This document shows, one piece after another, positions 12,101 to 24,716 of a stretch of 64,000 nt of DNA (position 1 is its first letter; the number at the start of each line of letters is the position of its first letter). The notes below the pieces were generated by a model. That model was not told the DNA's origin. It ran no database searches and saw nothing but the letters and a program-made list of their open reading frames with translations. The DNA is from Octopus sinensis (lineage: Eukaryota), in contig NC_043009.1 in the NCBI RefSeq assembly GCF_006345805.1, forward strand, positions 6,634,001-6,698,000, given 5' to 3'. The translations under genes were made by a program, and so were the position numbers.

Positions 12101-12604
12101 TGGTGATTTCTTTTATTCGTCTTAAATACATTTATTCATCTCAAGAATGTTATAATATACTTAAGACTTTAAAATATCCCTGAATTTCACGTGTTAAATG
12201 AATTTATATTTATAACATGTCTTGTTTCCCATGAAGAAGCAAGACAGAAGTTTTGCTTCATTAACAGAACCTAATCTGCATGAGGAGTCACAGTTTCACA
12301 AATTATAATTACAGATATCTGTAAGAAGAAAAAAAACTGCACTAACTGGTGAACTAACAATAATTTCCATACAAAACTAGTCAATCTAACTTCATATTCA
12401 TTAGCTGACTGCAACAAAACCACTGCTCCGACCCCCATTCATCAACTTCCAAATGTCCAGCTGAATAACTTTTACAATAGACAATGCTATAAATTATTTT
12501 TAGTGTTCTGTCTTGAGAAATGTTTAAATTATTTTCGCTAAATAAATAAAACGGGAGACATTTTATTGCTAGAAACTCGGCAATAAGGAACTAGTAATTC
12601 TTTC

Positions 12605-12800
12605 AAACTTTGGCAAAAAGACCAACAATTGTAGGAGGTGGGGGAGAATTAAATCGATTAAATCGACCCCTAGGCTTAACAGGTACTTATTTTATCGATC
12701 TCGAAAGTTTGAGAAGCATTTGAACTGAGAACGTAAACGGCCAGCAGAAATGCCGCTAAACATTGTGTCAGACGTGCTAACGCTGCAACCAGCATGCAGT
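12605..12800 (-). mobile_element. SINE family A, degenerate
   Basis: ATCGATTAAATCGACCCC..TTTGAACTGAGAACGTAA..ATGCCGCTAAACATT. Confidence 0.7.
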
Positions 12801-12911
12801 CTTACGCGGACCTAATAACATATCGTTCCATTAATAGATATAGAACGTAAAAACATGATTAGAAAATGCAGATTGAGAAATAGACAAAGGCCGTACTCCA
12901 GAAAATCCCTC

Positions 12912-13319
12912 GGATCTTTTCGGTTTGAACGGCAGTTTTTGCTAGCGGTGTCATATCAAATTGTCACCCATAATTATGACCCTAGAATCGATCTATTGCA
13001 TTTCAATCTGTTTTAGGGTTAGGGTTAGGGGTGGGGAAAGGGTATCTTTTTTTCTTCACAAATGTAAATAAACCCAATCTGTTTCTTAAACGAGGGACGT
13101 ATTCATACGGCACAGAATGCTTTTTAACTCAATAGATGTCACTGATTCGTTGAAATTGCAGAAATTGAAGAAAAAAAACAAATATCTTACAAACTATAGA
13201 ATTTTCTCAATAAAACCAAGAAAAAAGATGTTTTATAAACACATTCTACCAATATACGAAGGGCGTATATAGTTACCTAGAAATTATGCTAAAAACTGCC
13301 GTTCAAACCGAAAAGATCC
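12912..13319. mobile_element. MITE with GGATC TIRs (Merlin-like), copy 2
   Basis: Similar to 9259-9669 along its whole length. The 8-bp flanks AATCCCTC and AATGCCGC match at 6/8. Confidence 0.88.
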
Positions 13320-14184
13320 AATGCCGCTAAACATTGTATCCGACGAGCTAACAATTCAACCAGAATGCAGTCTTACGCGGACCTAATAACATATCGTTCC
13401 ATTAATAGATATAGAACGTAAAAACATGATTAGAAAATGCAGATTGAGAAATAGACAAAGGCCGTACCCCAGTACATTCCTCATTTCCATTGCAACCATT
13501 ACTGAAGATAAATATTATAATTATTAAAAATTCTATAATTACGCTTTAAAACTGTAATTCAGTTACGACTGCTACTACATCACAATTCCTATTTCCATAT
13601 AGATCGGGGAACCTTCGCTACAAAATTAAAACTTACAGCAAAATCTTTACTGCGAATAGCTTTCAACCAATTTCGTTAGGGTAGACATTAAAATTACATA
13701 ATCACATTCCTTCTCTAAAACGTAGTGTTATGCTTCAGTTACTAATAAATACTATTAAAAATGACAGCAAGCACGTCATAGATCATAGCAACAATCCTGT
13801 AGCTATGGGTAACTTTCGATTTTCAGCTAGCTTTAAGTAATTACAGTTTAATTACATGTGTAATACTCTCAGCTCATGTCAATTTGGCTAGGAGCCGATT
13901 GCCTTCTTCTAATATCTTATCTACATATGAATATTTCATTTTCACTCTCAATCTCTCTCTCTCCTTTTGTCCTTCTATCTGTCTCTCTCTCTTTCCCGCT
14001 CTGTCTCTTTCTCTCCTCCCCCCTTTCTCCCACTTGATTACACGTTAATCACTCCTTTACATTTATTTTCACACATCCACTAAAAATCACTTTTTTGCTA
14101 CATATTCATAGACACATACGCACATGTATAAATGAATGTATATATGCCTGTATGTATGTGCATTTACACATGTATAAATCACAC

Positions 14185-14235
<51 letters not shown>

Positions 14236-14437
14236 ATATATAAAATATATATATATAAGCACATATAGACATGCATATATATATATACGTATATATACGA
14301 TTTCTACATTGAGTGAAAGACGGGATGGACGCTTCGTTTTGTGCTGGTGCCCCACTCTGTCGTACGCGACTATGAGGATTTGCATCCCCAACGTAGAATT
14401 TATGATGTAACACATGCCCTTGAAGTAGTAATTGTGC

Positions 14438-14515
14438 GCGGCTGAAGAAGGCCATAGACACACATTATGCATTGTTATAACTCCGTCTAATAAAGGCCCG
14501 AAACATATGTACCGC
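14438..14515 (+). ncRNA. Type I hammerhead ribozyme motif (Penelope-type)
   Basis: GCGG-CTGAAGA-A-GGCC..GGCC-C-GAAA-CATATG-TA-CCGC. Stem I is GCGG/CCGC, the core is canonical, stem III is the palindrome ACATATGT and the cleavage triplet is GUA. Confidence 0.75.
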
Positions 14516-14549
14516 TAAATCCTTGGCGTCATGTTTTTATTTTATTTTG

Positions 14550-14604
14550 ATTAATATATACGTATATATATATATATATATATACATATTATATATATAT
14601 ATAT

Positions 14605-14635
<31 letters not shown>

Positions 14636-14727
14636 TATATATATATATATACATATATACATATATATATATACATATATATTATATATATACATATATA
14701 TATATACATATATATATATAATATATA

Positions 14728-14764
<37 letters not shown>

Positions 14765-14945
14765 CATATATATCTATATATATCATATATATATATACAT
14801 ACATATATATATATATATACATATATATATACATACATATATATATATATATAATATATACATATAGATATATACATACATATATATATATACATACATA
14901 TATATACATATATATACATATATATATAAAACACATACACACACA
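14550..14945. repeat. (TA)n/(TACA)n microsatellite
   Basis: Read directly. Confidence 0.95.
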
Positions 14946-15177
14946 CATAATATTGAAGTGTTTACTCAAGCCAATCGAACTCAGCACTTAAATTTTAAAA
15001 ATCTTTTCTGTTCTACGTACTTTTTCTATCAACCTTTTGTCGAACTGTTACCGGAACATAAACAAACCCACAACTGTTGTCAAGTGGGAGAAACCAATGC
15101 AAACAGACAGACACACTATATGCATTAATAGTAATAGTATTACAGCAAAAGAATGAATGAGACTTCGATATTATGTA

Positions 15178-16415
15178 ATGGTTTGGCAACTAAGTTCCCG
15201 CCGTCTTTTTTTAAATTTTAGAATTTAAAATTTTAGAATATATTTTTTTCGAGAATTGTATTTTTGAATCATTTTTCGAATCTATTTTGTATTTTCTCCT
15301 AGTTAATTTTAGTTTTTTTTTTGTTTATTTTCAGATCATTAAAATGGAATGTCAAGTTCAGAAAAACGAGCATTTTCGACACCTCCTTCCTTTCGCTTTT
15401 AATCAAAGTTCTAAGGCGGCCGCAAAAGCTGCTCACGACATTTGTGCTGTGTATGGAGAGGGTACCATAGGTGAAAGAACCGCTCGTGATTGGTATGCCA
15501 AGTTCAAAAATGGAAATTTTGGCTTCAAAAGACGAGCCTCGTTCTGCCCATCCAGTTGAGTTCGATGAAGAGCGAATAAACCGACTTTTGCACGAAAATT
15601 CTCGTGAAACGACAAGGGAACTGGCAGAGAAAATGGAATGCTCCCACACTGCTATAGAGAAGCATCTTCACTCGATAGGAAAGGTTCAGAACTATGAAGC
15701 ATGTGTTCCGCATTCTTTAAGTGACAAAAACAAAAATCAACGATACACAATCTTCGGTGGTTTGCTTGGTCGTCACCGCTCAACTCATGGACACAAGCAA
15801 CGATTTCTTTACGGAATTGTTACTGGCGACGAAAAATGGTGTCTGTACATCAATATGATGTAAGGAATGGCTTAGCCCCGGTAAACAAGCGACACCCAGC
15901 GTGAAACAAGATTTTCATCTGCGTAAAACGATGTTGTGCGTATGGTGGGACTGGGAAGGGATTATCCATTACGAATTACTTGAATGGAACCAAACAGTTA
16001 AGGCATAACTCTGTGTTCAACAGATGGAACGTTTCAACACGGCAGTATGGAGTTTTTCTACTGCACGACAATGTCCGCCCTCATATCACCAATATGACCA
16101 AGGAAGCCATTTAAACGCATGGCTGGGAAGTGCTGCCACACCCGCCGAGCTCTCCTTATTTGGCACCAACTGATTTCCACCTCTTTCGATCTCTTTCAAA
16201 TGCTATGCGTGGAGTTTCATTCAATACTGATGCATAATTGAGAGCTTGGTTGGGTCAGTTTTTCGAGTCGAAATCGGGTGATCTCTACCAACGAGGTATT
16301 GAAAATCATGTTGAACGTTGGGAGGAAGTTGTAAACAACAAGGGTGAATATGTTTTATTAAACCTTTTAAACAATTTTTTTTTTAAAAACGGCGAGAACT
16401 TAGTTGCCAACCCAA
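15178..16415 (+). mobile_element. Mariner (DD34D-type) transposon, near full length, decayed transposase (~15344-16355)
   Basis: TIRs ATGGTTTGGCAACTAAGTTCCCGCCGT / ACGGCGAGAACTTAGTTGCCAACCCAA with TA/TG flanks. Motifs include IVTGDEKW, MLCVWWDWEGIIHYELL, LHDNVRPH, EVLPHPPSSPYLAPTDFHLFRSL and ERWEEVVNNKGEY. It has frameshifts, stops and an internal deletion near 16045. Confidence 0.96.
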
Positions 16416-16440
16416 TGAATAGAGGAATTTATCTGTAATT

Positions 16441-16895
16441 TAACGTGACAATTATTCAGTTGCCATAATAAAACTCCGAGTTTCGGATGTCGGGGCGGAA
16501 ATCTGCACCGGCATCTCTTCAGTTATTAAGACAAACAAAAATGCTATGAAAATGAACGTTAAGCAAAGGGAAATTACTATGAAAATGACCGTTATTAAGA
16601 CAAATGAAAGAGCTATTAGTATGACAGTTAAATAAAGGGAAAAAACCCGAAAGAGAAGAAAGTAAAAACACTCACCGAATTCGCATATGTATGTATGTAC
16701 ATGCGCACGTACGCGAATTCTATGAGCGTTTTTCAATTTGTCCCCTTTCGGGGTTTTCCCTTTATTTAACGGTCATTCTAGTAGCTCTTTTGTTTGTGTT
16801 ACAGACGGTTACCTTCATAATAATTTCCCTTTGTTTAACGGTCATTTTTATAGCATTTTTGTTTGTCTTAATATTTGACGAGATGCCGGAGGGGC
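16441..16895. repeat. Imperfect foldback of a Penelope-type terminal repeat (arms ~16509-16685 and ~16705-16890)
   Basis: The opposite-strand ORFs 16452-16736 and 16691-16957 are near-copies of each other. The arm is homologous to 19975-20200. Confidence 0.8.
16466..16528 (-). ncRNA. Hammerhead ribozyme-like motif
   Basis: TAATAA-CTGAAGA-GATG..CATC-C-GAAA-CT-CGG-AG-TT-TTATTA, with a 6-bp stem I. Confidence 0.6.
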
Positions 16896-17572
16896 TTCCA
16901 CATAATTTCTATTTATCACCTTCACTTATAAAACAGTTGGTTTGCCTAGGGCTCTAGTAGAACACGCCCAAAATATCGAACAGTGCAACTAAATCCGAAT
17001 CTATTTGTTGCGACAGCATTCTGTACCTAGTTGTGTATGTTCATACCGAAATTATTATTCTAGAATGGTAAAAATTAATTACTTATGGTTTGTTTTGTTA
17101 TTCCTTAACCAGGTCAATGACTTACTCTTTTTATATTTATTCTGTATATTCTGAATAGGAATAAGAAATCGATAAATATTACCTGTTATTTCCTTTCTTA
17201 ATTTGTGTATTTTTCACTTCCTCTCTCATACGACAGAATACCACAATTTCACGAATCAGCTTTCCTTTCCAAAATATATCTTTATCAATTCTGTTGTCGT
17301 TAAATATTTTACTATATTCTGTCTCTTTATATAAAATATACTTAAAAAAAAAAAAAGAAAAATGTTTTCATTGTGACGAATCGACGGTCAGCCGAAAGTT
17401 ATTCGAAATATTCAGCATCGTCGAAAACTATTTACTTCCATTCACGTAGCAAGATTTTGATCGTTTTAGCCATTGTGTTGAAAAATTGATGACATTGTTT
17501 TTAAGGATTTAAGTAAGCCGTGTAGCGAAGCACTTTCAAAGATCTCTCAAATCACCAGAAAGAGAAAACCCT

Positions 17573-17617
<45 letters not shown>

Positions 17618-17623
17618 CACACA

Positions 17624-17686
<63 letters not shown>

Positions 17687-17850
17687 AGCACCAGCTAACA
17701 GTAAGTGCACGTCAAGATGAAAATTTTGCGGTGTGCATTAGTCTCTACAGGAAGATTTGTAAGTACAGAAATGAAGAGAATTAATTAATTGCTGGATAAA
17801 ACTGGATATAAATATCTATTCACCTTTATTGTAAAATCAGTATATATATA

Positions 17851-20200
17851 AGAAAAAAGCGAGATTTACACAATTCGATATTGTCGATTTTTATGCCTCT
17901 AAAGAACTGCTAGATAAAGCCCTCACCTTTGCAAGCGATTTCATAGAAATCAGCACGCAGGATAAGGATATAATCTTCCATGCTAGAAAGACTACTTTTC
18001 AGCGAACGCAGAGTGGGTCAAGACTACCGACACAGAGGGTGCTTTCAATGTGAGCATGGGGTCATATGATGCATCAGGCATATGCGATCTTATTGGATTA
18101 TTTCTACTCGATACGTTGGGCAAGACCTTTCCTTAAGTATACTTCGCCATCTAGAAAGATGATGCCCTCGCCTTGACCGCAAATACCAATGGACCAGCAC
18201 AGGATCGGTTTAGGAAGGACATTATCCATTTAATGAAAACCCTCGGACTTAGTATAACTACAGACACCAACCTGACGGTTGTCAATTTCCTAGATCTAAA
18301 TAAGAACATTTATAAGCCTTATAGGAAGCCCAATGATAGACTTAGTTATATTAAGGTAGGTTCCTGCCATCCCCCTATAGTGTTTAAAAAATTAGTTAAA
18401 AACATTAGCAAGAGAATTTCTAGCCTCTCCTCCGATAAGGACATTTTTAATAGCGTTGCCCCAGTATATAATAAGGCTCTAAAAGATAGTGGTATTAGCG
18501 AGGCAATAACCTATACACCTGCCACTAGCCCAACAATAAAGAAGAGAAGAGAAGACATGGGAATAGAAGAAGCATCTGGTTCACACCTCCCTACTCACCA
18601 GAGGTGACCTTCAATATAGGTAAGTATTTCTTAGCACTGACAGATAGACATTTTCCAGTCAACCATACTTAAAGGAAGCTTATCAATAGACACAACTTAG
18701 TTTCAGCTCAACTGCCGATTTTAAAAATATAATCGCACACAACACACAAAAACCACAATACGAAACCAGCTTTCATGCAGGGATAAAAATTTGTGCGCGC
18801 GAGATGGTGTTTGCATGTCCGAGACCATCATCTACGAAGCTACCGTGGACTCTATACCCACTAAAGACACGGTTCGACGAAGAAATACGTGGGCCTTAGA
18901 GAGGGTAATTTCAAGGCCAGGTTCAATAATCACACCTTAAGCTTTAGGCACTGGGATAAAAGGAAAACGACCAAATTATCCAGTCATATATGGTCATTAA
19001 AAGATAAAGGTGTCGGTTACAACATCCATTGGAAGATTTTAGCCAAGTGTAAGCCCTACACCAACGGCAGTGGAAAGTGCTGTCTATGTGATATAGAAAG
19101 AGGGCTCATCTGGAAAAGCAGCTTAGACCCCGATACATGTCTGAATTCAAGGACTGAACGTTTCGGAACTTGCCCATATATGGCCAAATATTTGTTGCGC
19201 TTTTGGTCCCCCACAAGACTACAGATAGAACTTGCTTTCCATTTTGTGTCCACGCAGAAGCTTTTTTATCTCATTATTTCTTATATATTCTTTATTTTAT
19301 TTATATTTTTATACATATATATCTTACATATCTATAGAGATTTTGGTTTATAGTTTATTGCATATATATTTTTTACACATAATTGTTTCTGTATTCTAAC
19401 TTCCACCCTGCATTTTCCCTTGTGCGTATATAGACGTGTATATAGAATCCTTTGTGCACGCGTGTGAATGTGTGCGTGTGTGCGGGTATGTGTGAATATA
19501 GATGTGTGTGTGTGTGCGCGCATGCGAGTACGTGCGCATATGGACGTATTTTATTCAGTGTTTTTACACATTTTCCTGTAATTTTGCTCTTAACCCTGGT
19601 TTTTTGTGTTAGACGTACGTGTGTGTGTGCGTATATAGACGTGCGCAGGTATGTGCGTGTATGAGTATGTATGTGTGCGTGCATAAGGGCATGTGCGTAT
19701 ATAGACGTGGTTTACTCTTTGTATAATCCCTCATGCCTTTTTTCTGTATTGTTACCCTTAACGCTGCGTTTTCTTGTGCTTGTGCGTATGTAAGCATGTG
19801 CATGAACCTTTATGATGCGCACGTGAGTGTGTGGGGGAGGGTGTTGTATGTATATAAATATACATTTGGCGAAAGATGGGAGTGAGGATGTGTACGTTTT
19901 CAGGGGAGGGCGGATGAATGTATGCGTACGCACGCGGATGTGCGCGCGCACATGTGTAGGTATGAAAAGGTGCGCTTACGCGAATACTATGAATTTTTAC
20001 CCCCTTACCTTACTTAGCGGTCATTCGAATAGCTCTTTTGTCTTAATAACGGTCAATCGCACAGTAATTTCCCTTTGTTTAATGGTCATTTTTAATAGCG
20101 TTTTTCCGATGGCCGGATAACTGAAGAGATGGTGACGTGAATTCCCACCTCCGCATCCGAAACTCCGAGTTTTATCTTGGCTACCGAATAATTGTCACAT
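17851..20200 (+). mobile_element. 5'-truncated Penelope-like retroelement: decayed RT + GIY-YIG endonuclease (~17862-19210), TG-rich 3' region and terminal repeat
   Basis: RT motifs QFDIVDFY, NVSMGSYDASGICDLIGLFLL, KDDAL, YKPYRKPND and HPPI..ISKRISSLSS. Endonuclease motifs GNFKARFNNH..LSSHIWSLK..WKIL..CCLC..LNSR.E..C. It has several stops and frameshifts. Confidence 0.9.
20116..20176 (+). ncRNA. Hammerhead ribozyme-like motif downstream of the PLE ORF
   Basis: GATAA-CTGAAGA-GATG..CATC-C-GAAA-CT-CCG-AG-TT-TTATC. Stem I covaries with the 16466-16528 copy. Confidence 0.6.
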
Positions 20201-20234
20201 ATTACTTTTACAGATATATATATATACATAACGG

Positions 20235-20370
20235 GAAGATTTATGAAAATAAACAAAAGACGAAGGCAGGTGAAGTACAAACAAACAATTGTAGTAGTAT
20301 GGCGCTCAGGAATATAAATAAAACAAGTCTTTTACGTTTCGAGCCTACGCTCATCAACAGAAAGATACAC

Positions 20371-20372
<2 letters not shown>
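20235..20372 (-). mobile_element. Short Penelope-type terminal-repeat fragment with a minimal hammerhead-like motif (20328-20365)
   Basis: Reverse complement TCTTT-CTGTTGA-T-GAGC-GTAG-GCTC-GAAA-CG-TA-AAAGA. Homologous to 34695-34870 and 56330-56520 and flanked by (TA)n. Confidence 0.7.
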
Positions 20373-20445
<73 letters not shown>

Positions 20446-21214
20446 GTTCAATTTACAAGGAAAGATCCAGAGGATAAGCGCCTAAGAATTTAGTAATGAC
20501 ACTTGCGTAGGTGATAATTCCGAGAAGTGAGACGTATTTGGAAAACAGGACAATAATAGAAAATGTAGACAAACGCACAAGATTCTATTTAAATCACTTA
20601 TATCATGATATCACTGATATTTGTTTTGATTGATGCATAAAGACAAATACGAGAGGAAGAATTATGTGGAAAAATACATCAATCCTCTCAGGGAGGAGAT
20701 TACAAACGACAGTGTTCATTAATAAGTCATTGTATATATATATATATTATATGGATATACATACATACATACACACACATATACATACATACATATGCAT
20801 ATATATATATATGTGTGTGTGTGTGTATTTATATATATATATGTATGTATGTATACATATATATATTCCTAAAAATAATAACGTTAGTGGTCGCGAGCGT
20901 AAAACCTGTATAGGCAAAACTAATATTTATATATAAGACATATTAATATATTTATATATACAAGTGGTACAGCATAAGTACCTGCTTCGCTAAAAATAAA
21001 AGTCAAAATATTTGATGAGCCACAGAAGAATCCTTACATTGATACAGGCATGATAGGAAAAAACTTTTAGTGAACAAGAATAATGTCACACCTCCGGAAA
21101 CAATGCAGAAGGAATATCAGTTTAATTTATATTTATACTTATATATATGTATGTATACACACACACATGCACATACACACACACACACACACGTACACAC
21201 ACAAGTGTGTGTAC

Positions 21215-21349
21215 GTGCGTGTATGTATGTAGCATATAGAGGCAGACAGGCAGATAGATAAATAGATAGATAGATAGACAGACAGAAAAACAGACAGATA
21301 GACAGACAGATAGATAGATAGATAGACAGAGAGAGAGAGAGAGAGAGAG

Positions 21350-21384
<35 letters not shown>

Positions 21385-21460
21385 TAGACAGACAGACAGA
21401 CAGGTAGACAGAAAAACAGACAGACAGACACACCGGCAGACAGACGGACAGACAGACTAC
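21215..21460. repeat. Compound (GATA)n/(GACA)n/(GA)n microsatellite
   Basis: Read directly. Confidence 0.93.
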
Positions 21461-22480
21461 TGCATATGTTGCATGATATTTAATTTTATTATTTCTTCTT
21501 AATTTAGAAATTTATCACGACAGAGATTCTAAAAACTTCAAAGTTTCACTGAATGAAACATATCTGGCATAAAATACCAATTATTCCATTTCCGGCAATC
21601 TGATTGGCTGAGTGACGTGACACATGTTAGTAAGAAATATAAATATTATTCTTCCGTTGTATTGCAGTTTTATATTCCTATACCTGAAGCATTTGTACAA
21701 ACGTTATCCAATCATATTTGAAATCGTAGAAACCATAGATTCTTTTTTATCATTATTTTTAGCACCTTAATGCGACTGAGCTTTCCTCTTATCTGTTTTA
21801 CGCTTAATACCATCTGGTCCCTGACATTTTTCAATATAATAATACAGGTAAATGTCACATTTATGGCAATCGTACTATGTTGAGTAACTTTAGCTTTCAG
21901 CATCTTAGGTGTCATATACAGGATATTTTTAAGATAAACTGAACAGTTTTGTTTGCGATTATTGTTTAGAACTTATTGCAACGACAACATGGTTTGCATA
22001 GAATTTACGGTTTACTTGAAAAGAATTATCACAAGAAAGATATGACAGGTATTCTGTTCAATTACAGTACAGAAACATAGTTTAAATGTTTCTTCAACAC
22101 CCGGACTTGTGAATTCGTGTTTACATTTTTGTTTTTACTGTTGTTGCTTTACACTTAGTGTTTCTGAGAAGAATGTCGGCTTTATCTTGTCACTCTATGT
22201 TTCATGCTTGTAGTGTTTTGGCATTTTCAGTTATCTCATTTTTTGTCAATGTTAACTGGTCGTAGAATTACGCAGTTGGCTTTTGACATTTTCATTTTGG
22301 TGAATTAAGTAACTTCTGCAAGCTAATGGCAGATCTAGCTCTATCATTTTACTTTCCGAGTTTTGGGGGGAAAATGCTTGCATAAACACATACATACAAA
22401 CATATGAGTATATATAATATATATATATACATGCATATATATATATATATATATTATATATATAATATATATATATATAT

Positions 22481-22513
<33 letters not shown>

Positions 22514-22530
22514 CATACATACATACATAC

Positions 22531-22563
<33 letters not shown>

Positions 22564-23656
22564 TATGATATCACCAAGTAGAATTCGCTTTGTTATTATA
22601 TATATATATATATTATATATATATATTATATATATATACAATATATATATATACATATATATATATATAAAGAGAGAGAGAGAGAGAGAGATATACACGC
22701 ACACAAATATAAATATATATATATGCATACATATGTGTGTATATGTGCATGCGTGTATAATTTACTATATTAGTTAAATATATATGATTGTCAAAACTTA
22801 TTTCACTAATGTATAAAGACTAGCAAATATATCCCAACTTCCATTGCACGAGTTTATTGTTAAACAATATGTCCAACTATGGATCCTATATTAACAGAAT
22901 TAAGATGGCGATAGAAATGATTATGTCCCTTTTAACAGTTGCTACCATGTGTACTTATAGACAAAGATAATCTTGAATACTGAAGCCACAGTTCATAATT
23001 AGCTGATGCTTGATTAAGTACAGTGATCAAATTTTAATCCACAGTTAATTATTCCCCAAATTTATTTACTGGGCGAATGATTGCTATTAGATGATTATAC
23101 AACGGAAAATTAGACATAAGAAATCAGAAAAATTACACAAATTGGGAACGAAATGTGTGAACATCATTTAGAAATCTGATAGGTGGCTGATCCTCCCCCT
23201 GGAACTGACAAAATGTATGAATGTGCAGTTTATGGCCTCATGAATCCATACGTTACAGAATATAGGAAAGAATTTCTGTTCACTAGTTCATTAAATGCAT
23301 ACTGATTTGTGATTTTGAAATGCCAGGCAAAGCCTCTAATATACAACGTGAGAAAGAATTAAGAGAACTATATTTCTGCGATAGGTGTTGTTAATACTAT
23401 TCACCAACTGCTTAGACTTGTATATATGTTTCTAAAACTTTCATGTGGTACAACGCAAAATCTTTCTCGGTTGAAGATTTTTGATGAATAAGACCAATAA
23501 GTAAAAATTTTAAATAAAAATTCTGCTTGTCATTTCGTCACTTAACCCGTCGTTATCGCTTTCACGTGATTAGAGAAAAAGTGGGAGAGAGAAGCGTCCA
23601 TGACAGGAAGTAGAGAAAACGTAAGAGGTGAGTTAGGATTATAATTTATCTATTTA

Positions 23657-23769
<113 letters not shown>

Positions 23770-24683
23770 GGATAGATAGATAGATACGCACGCAAACATA
23801 CACGTAAATATAAAAATACATATCCATATCGTATTTTTATTTTTGACAATATAATCTTTACTTTCACTTTCCAGAAACCCACTTCCTATTCTCCCCCAAT
23901 CTCCATCAGTTTCTTTCTCCTTATCTACGCCACGTATCTCTCTTTACACCGAAAACTTTTATCTCCCTCGTACTCTATACACCTCACTATCTCTTATATT
24001 ATCTCTCCATTATTGCCCCCCCTCCCGCTTCCTCTTTTTTTCTCTCTCTGCCTCTCTCTCTTTTAAATTCAAACTACATAATATTTGTTAACATTATGTA
24101 CAACACCTAGGATTGTATTTATTGGATCTGCGAGAGGCCTTAAGATCCTTTATCACCTCGTAGTTAACATAAAATAGAAGGTACAAAAATCCACAGATAT
24201 ACACAGACGAGCATGCGTGCATAATCGTAGAAACACATGGAGAATTTGCACATTTGCACATTCATACGCTTTAAACTAAACCCAAACGAAATTCACACGT
24301 ATGTATATGCATATAGAAAACGTATAGATATTATAAAGTTACATACACACGCATACATGCATATGTGCTCAGTTACTTACATGCATACATACATACACAC
24401 ATACATGCATATATATATATGCATGCATAATACATACATATTTACATAGGTCCATACACATACACATATATACAGACATATACATACACATATATGTATA
24501 TATATATATACATACATTCATACATGCATAAACGCATAAATGCATACATACGTCCATACACATACACATATATACACACATAAATACAGACATATACATA
24601 CACATATATGCATATATATATGCATATATATATATATACATTCACACATGCATAAACGCATAAATGCATACACAAATAAGCCA

Positions 24684-24716
<33 letters not shown>

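Noticed and set aside
18780-19210. Selenocysteine recoding in the PLE endonuclease
   Set aside because: The Cys codons in the readable frame are TGT/TGC and no SECIS was identifiable.
21680-21900. Possible Crypton/tyrosine-recombinase remnant or exon
   Set aside because: Only a vague 'MVSTISNMIG' resemblance, with stops and no catalytic motif.
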